A stretch of DNA of 32,000 bases from Microcystis aeruginosa NIES-2549. GTDB lineage: Bacteria > Cyanobacteriota > Cyanobacteriia > Cyanobacteriales > Microcystaceae. The notes under the pieces were generated by a model that saw nothing but the letters and a program-made list of their open reading frames with translations, was not told where the DNA came from and did no database searches. Of this stretch, positions 29,901 to 32,000 are shown piece by piece; the first letter of the stretch is position 1; each line of letters starts with the position of its first letter. Made by a program: the position numbers and the translations under genes. The DNA is taken from positions 510,001-542,000 of the forward strand of contig NZ_CP011304.1 of the NCBI RefSeq assembly GCF_000981785.2. The letters run 5' to 3'.

Positions 29901-30350
29901 GAGAATCCTTTCGTCGTATAGGCGATTTTTAACTTGAGTTTTGACGGTTTTCTCGTAATTTCCGTACTGATAACCCCGGGCTACTAAGGTATCTTTCCAA
30001 AGACTCCAAATATGCAATCTTCCCGCCACATAACGCCAATCCGGTTCCTCTGGACTACACATTTCTAGGGCGCAATTGATTAAATTATCCTGTATTTCCC
30101 TAGTGGTAATCCCATCCCGCAGGCGTGTGGTTAAACCCGCTTCTAAGGCGATTGAATTGACTTTTTTACCTTCACAAGCCCACTCTACCACGTCGCGAAT
30201 TTTGCCGATATTTAAGCTTGTGGTGGAACCATCACGCCGAATCACTTTAATTCCATGGCTGCCCATATTAGCTAAAGGGGTAGAACGAAAGGGTATTACT
30301 TCGTTATTTTTGTGAATGGAAACAGCAGTAGTCAAGGGCTTCGATTGCAT
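26991..30350 (-). CDS. nrdA: class I ribonucleotide reductase alpha subunit, intein-containing precursor
   Basis: 1119 aa. ATP-cone-like IKVIRRDGSTTSLNIGKIRDVV, LATPILANLRTP, SCFILSIDDSLESI, GGGVGVNVSRIRATGS and a C-terminal CSSC pair. The active-site NLC-TE motif is split by residues 465-813. The mature protein would be 770 aa. Confidence 0.93.
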   Translation of the reverse strand: MQSKPLTTAVSIHKNNEVIPFRSTPLANMGSHGIKVIRRDGSTTSLNIGKIRDVVEWACEGKKVNSIALEAGLTTRLRDGITTREIQDNLINCALEMCSPEEPDWRYVAGRLHIWSLWKDTLVARGYQYGNYEKTVKTQVKNRLYDERILIYSEAELKEAGSWINPDWDIDYDYAGALLITSRYLLKNELPQEALLTCSLLLAIVEEPANRLPWAKKFYQAIAQRKISLATPILANLRTPKGSLTSCFILSIDDSLESIFSEITNAARISKNGGGVGVNVSRIRATGSWVMGKANASGGIIPWIKLLNDTAIAVNQGGRRAGAVTIGVDIWHLDVPEFLEMQTENGDQRRKAYDIFPQLVITDEFMRRVITKAEWTLVDPYEVRTKLGIELAELWGEEFEEAYRLVEANLDREIVLYKKINARDLFKSIMRSQVETGMPYIAFKDTINRANPNKHDGYIPGVNLCVAGETKILTDRGQIAIADLVGEYVNVWNGLEWSEVLVKKTGENQPLLKVNFSNGENLECTYYHKFYVQKNYKGTVEIVEAKDLKQGDKLIKYQLPLIQSENDLDFPYAYTAGFFSGDGSYGNNGIPEVDLYGVKKELLPLLAIRNKYRGNGSIEKGTFWRKETDTLAVYHDSKQDRIVCKLPLDIPSKFTVPLNGYTIKSRLEWLAGLLDADGTVARNGSNESLQIASVNRQFLLDIRLMLQTLGVDSKVTAMDDGGYKLMPNGKGNYQEYLCQPKYRLLINSVGLFQLGQLGLKTHRLQWTLKEPQRSATQFIRIESVELTCRRDDTYCFTEPKRHLGMFNGILTGQCTESFSNVTPDKTAHCCNLVSLNLANIDREEIESNCQIAVRILDNTIDITNPPFDNAKSHNDKYRTIGVGAMGLADWLAKRKLSYNNLSEISNLFEEIGYWCTYSSMELAKERGAYQAFLGSEWSQGKLIGAKPVAWFLNNAVQPQRWQQLAEDIQRFGIRNSHITAIAPNTSSSLVQGCTASVLPVYSRFFYDKWAKGTVPIAPPFIEEAFWFYPENKNLEQQQVVKAIATMQEWIDTGISMELLFNLNEGVYFPAEPNRCLTAKDIFDTLIMAWELGCKAIYYVRTVQKDNFRESDDSCSSCAN
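27912..28958 (-). mobile_element. intein with LAGLIDADG homing-endonuclease domain inside nrdA
   Basis: Residues 465-813 (349 aa). Block A CVAGETKILT, block B TxxH (ECTYYHKF), LAGLIDADG motifs YTAGFFSGDGSYG and LEWLAGLLDADGTVA. C-terminal DDTYCFTEPKRHLGMFNGILTGQ is followed by +1 Cys. Excision restores GVNL-CTESF. Confidence 0.88.
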
Positions 30351-30378
30351 AATTGGGAAATTGCGGCGTTAAAAAAAC

Positions 30379-30407
30379 TTGACAAATTAATCTATTTGTA
30401 CTAGAGT
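30379..30407 (+). promoter_or_regulatory. candidate sigma70-type promoter reading away from nrdA
   Basis: TTGACA (30379-30384), a 17-nt spacer, then TAGAGT (30402-30407). It is back-to-back with the candidate nrdA -10. Function unproven. Confidence 0.4.
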
Positions 30408-30436
30408 ATTCTATCAGATTTTCTAGGAAAACACAA
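30408..30436 (-). promoter_or_regulatory. candidate promoter of the nrdA-DUF29x3-nrdB operon
   Basis: Minus strand: TTGTGT (30436-30431), a 17-nt spacer, then TAGAAT (30413-30408), about 58 nt upstream of the nrdA ATG. The -35 lies inside NrdR-like box 1. Confidence 0.4.
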
Positions 30437-30478
30437 CATCTAGCGTGTTAAATAATTTTATAACTCTATATGTAGTAG
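30431..30478 (-). promoter_or_regulatory. two tandem NrdR-type boxes
   Basis: Box 1 is ACACAACATCTAGCGT (30431-30446) and box 2 is ACTCTATATGTAGTAG (30463-30478). Against my recalled consensus acaCwAnATnTwGtgt they match 13/14 and 11/14 defined positions. The start-to-start spacing is 32 bp, the spacing typical of paired NrdR boxes. Confidence 0.55.
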
Positions 30479-30839
30479 AGCGAGGATTGTTTTGTTCCCC
30501 AAAACAGTGTTTTGGATGACATTTTCCGCAAAAAATTCTCGATTTTCCTGGGAAGAAAGATAGTTCCTTTGTATGCTTGACAAAAAGCTTGTTTTTTGAT
30601 AACAAAAACAGATTGACAAAATATTTCCGATCCCATTGTGCTTGACTACTGAGGAGGTTGTGGTGAGACTTTATTTGTTCTTAACTTTTCGATAATTTAA
30701 GACAAGAGTGGATTAAAAGTCAAATTTCCTCTGAGAACCTCTGAGAGAGTAAATTTTCTCTTTTCGCTATTTAGTGTCTTACCGCTAGAATAATAGGACA
30801 AAAACGCTATATATAGCGTCTAGCCAGTAGAGGACAAGG

Positions 30840-32000
30840 ATGAAATATTTAGAAGAATGGCGTGGTAGCGGGGTGGACGCGGAGTTAATTGATCTCAATG
30901 TCACTGGTTTAGCGGGGTTATCTCCCAGTGAATACCTACTCTACTCCCAAGAATTACCGCGACGCAATGATGGCAGGGTTAGGGATAGTATTCTCAAGCG
31001 TTATGAACATACCAGTCAAGGCGGTTGGTGGTGTTCAGGAATTGACTTATTAACGGGTAATTATGACACTTGGGGCTGTTTTAAGCCCGATTTTCCCCGT
31101 TTAAGCTTCGATAAGGCTAAACCGATTAAGTACGAACATCCTCCCCAAACCCCTACGGGAGTCTTTGCTTTGCGGGTTCCCCTGAAAATTTGGCAAAGGA
31201 TAGCCCAGTCTATCAATGTTAATATTTTACCTGAAGAAGTGGATAATAAGCAAGAGGATCTCGGTTTTTGGTCGTGGGTAATTAAACATCCAGAGATACC
31301 TATTTGTCTTACGGAAGGGGCAAAAAAAGCGGGGGCTTTACTAACAGCAGGTTATGTAACAATTGCCTTACCCGGGATTCACAATGGTTATCGTACTCCC
31401 AAGGACGAATTAGGTAGGAGAATCGGCAAATCTCATTTAATTCCGCAGCTAGAAAAATTAGCTAACTCTGGACGAAAGATTTATCTAGTTTTTGATCAAG
31501 AAACTAAACCGAAAACCCAACAAGCGGTTAATTTAGCTTTACGGAGAATGGGTTATCTATTCAGTCAGGCTAACTGTGAGGTAAAGGTAGTTGCTTGGGA
31601 TGCTGCTGACGGTAAAGGGGTGGATGATTTACTAATCAATCGAGGAGAAGATTACTTTCAACAAGTCTATCAAAAAGCTACTTCTTGGGAGATTTGGAAA
31701 GCAACGAATTTAAATAGTTTAACTCTCCCACCTCATCTAGAGTTAAATAGCCGTTACTTGCCAGATATTTCTATCCCTACATCAGCGCAGTTAGTGGCGA
31801 TTCAATCGGCTAAAGGTACGGGTAAAACTGAGTTTTTAGCCAAGATAGTTAAACAAGCTATTGCCAATCAACAAAAAGTTTTAGTTATCGGTCATCGGGT
31901 TAAACTGGTAGAGGAGTTATGTCAACGCTTTGGTTTAAACTATATCAGCAAAATTAGGGATAATCCTGCGGCACAAATTTACGGTTATGGTTTATGTATT
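30840..32000 (+). CDS. DUF3854 (Toprim-like) plus P-loop NTPase protein, CyRepA-like replicase/primase-helicase, N-terminal 387 aa only (runs off right edge)
   Basis: GAGGA lies 5 nt before ATG 30840, and the frame is stop-free to 32000. MKYLEEWRGSGVDAELIDLNVTGL..., Toprim-like ICLTEGAKKAGALLTAGYVTIALPGIHNGY, IYLVFDQE and DGKGVDDLL, then Walker A IQSAKGTGKTEFL. It is not in the ORF track because no stop lies in the window. Confidence 0.7.
   Translation, partial: MKYLEEWRGSGVDAELIDLNVTGLAGLSPSEYLLYSQELPRRNDGRVRDSILKRYEHTSQGGWWCSGIDLLTGNYDTWGCFKPDFPRLSFDKAKPIKYEHPPQTPTGVFALRVPLKIWQRIAQSINVNILPEEVDNKQEDLGFWSWVIKHPEIPICLTEGAKKAGALLTAGYVTIALPGIHNGYRTPKDELGRRIGKSHLIPQLEKLANSGRKIYLVFDQETKPKTQQAVNLALRRMGYLFSQANCEVKVVAWDAADGKGVDDLLINRGEDYFQQVYQKATSWEIWKATNLNSLTLPPHLELNSRYLPDISIPTSAQLVAIQSAKGTGKTEFLAKIVKQAIANQQKVLVIGHRVKLVEELCQRFGLNYISKIRDNPAAQIYGYGLCI

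Noticed and set aside
27095-30315. Alternative-frame ORFs inside nrdA (27095-27439, 27210-27461, 28457-28654, 29407-29694, 30076-30315)
   Set aside because: They are nested within the continuous nrdA/intein reading frame. The homing endonuclease is encoded in-frame within the intein, not by any of these.
30423-30605. ORF 30423-30605 (-), 60 aa, upstream of nrdA
   Set aside because: It overlaps the NrdR-type boxes and several AT-rich palindromes (for example CCAAAACAGTGTTTTGG at 30499-30515). It has no SD. The region reads as regulatory DNA.

Overview
This window looks like a cyanobacterial chromosome segment. Supporting signs are many HIP1 GCGATCGC palindromes, heptanucleotide STRR-like arrays in the spacers, an NtcA-type glnA promoter and a CpcS-type bilin lyase. 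The style resembles Microcystis-like Chroococcales, but this is judged from memory with no search run. Most of it is housekeeping: AI-2E transporter, RNase II/R, speA, DUF4330, recR, S41 Ctp protease, NUDIX, folD, ppsA, an M16 peptidase homolog, glnA, a TPP riboswitch with thiC, a cpcS-like lyase and nadK.

The most unusual locus is the ribonucleotide reductase operon on the minus strand (24.4-30.5 kb).
- nrdA carries a 349-codon LAGLIDADG intein placed exactly on the catalytic Cys, with an atypical Gly-Gln C-terminus.
- Three tightly packed DUF29 genes of unknown function sit between nrdA and nrdB. Two of them share a 102-nt near-identical 5' block.
- Two NrdR-type boxes 32 bp apart overlap a candidate promoter upstream of nrdA.

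Other accessory-looking items:
- A four-helix-bundle gene (23S-rRNA-IVS-ORF/Avd-like family) is bracketed by inverted heptamer arrays.
- An orphan coiled-coil/glycine-zipper membrane protein is flanked by repeats.
- There are two MITE-like families.
- A DUF3854/Toprim plus P-loop replicase-like gene runs off the right edge.

I found no rRNA, tRNA or CRISPR array. All calls rest on reading the translations and the DNA by eye. No database search, folding or composition calculation was run.
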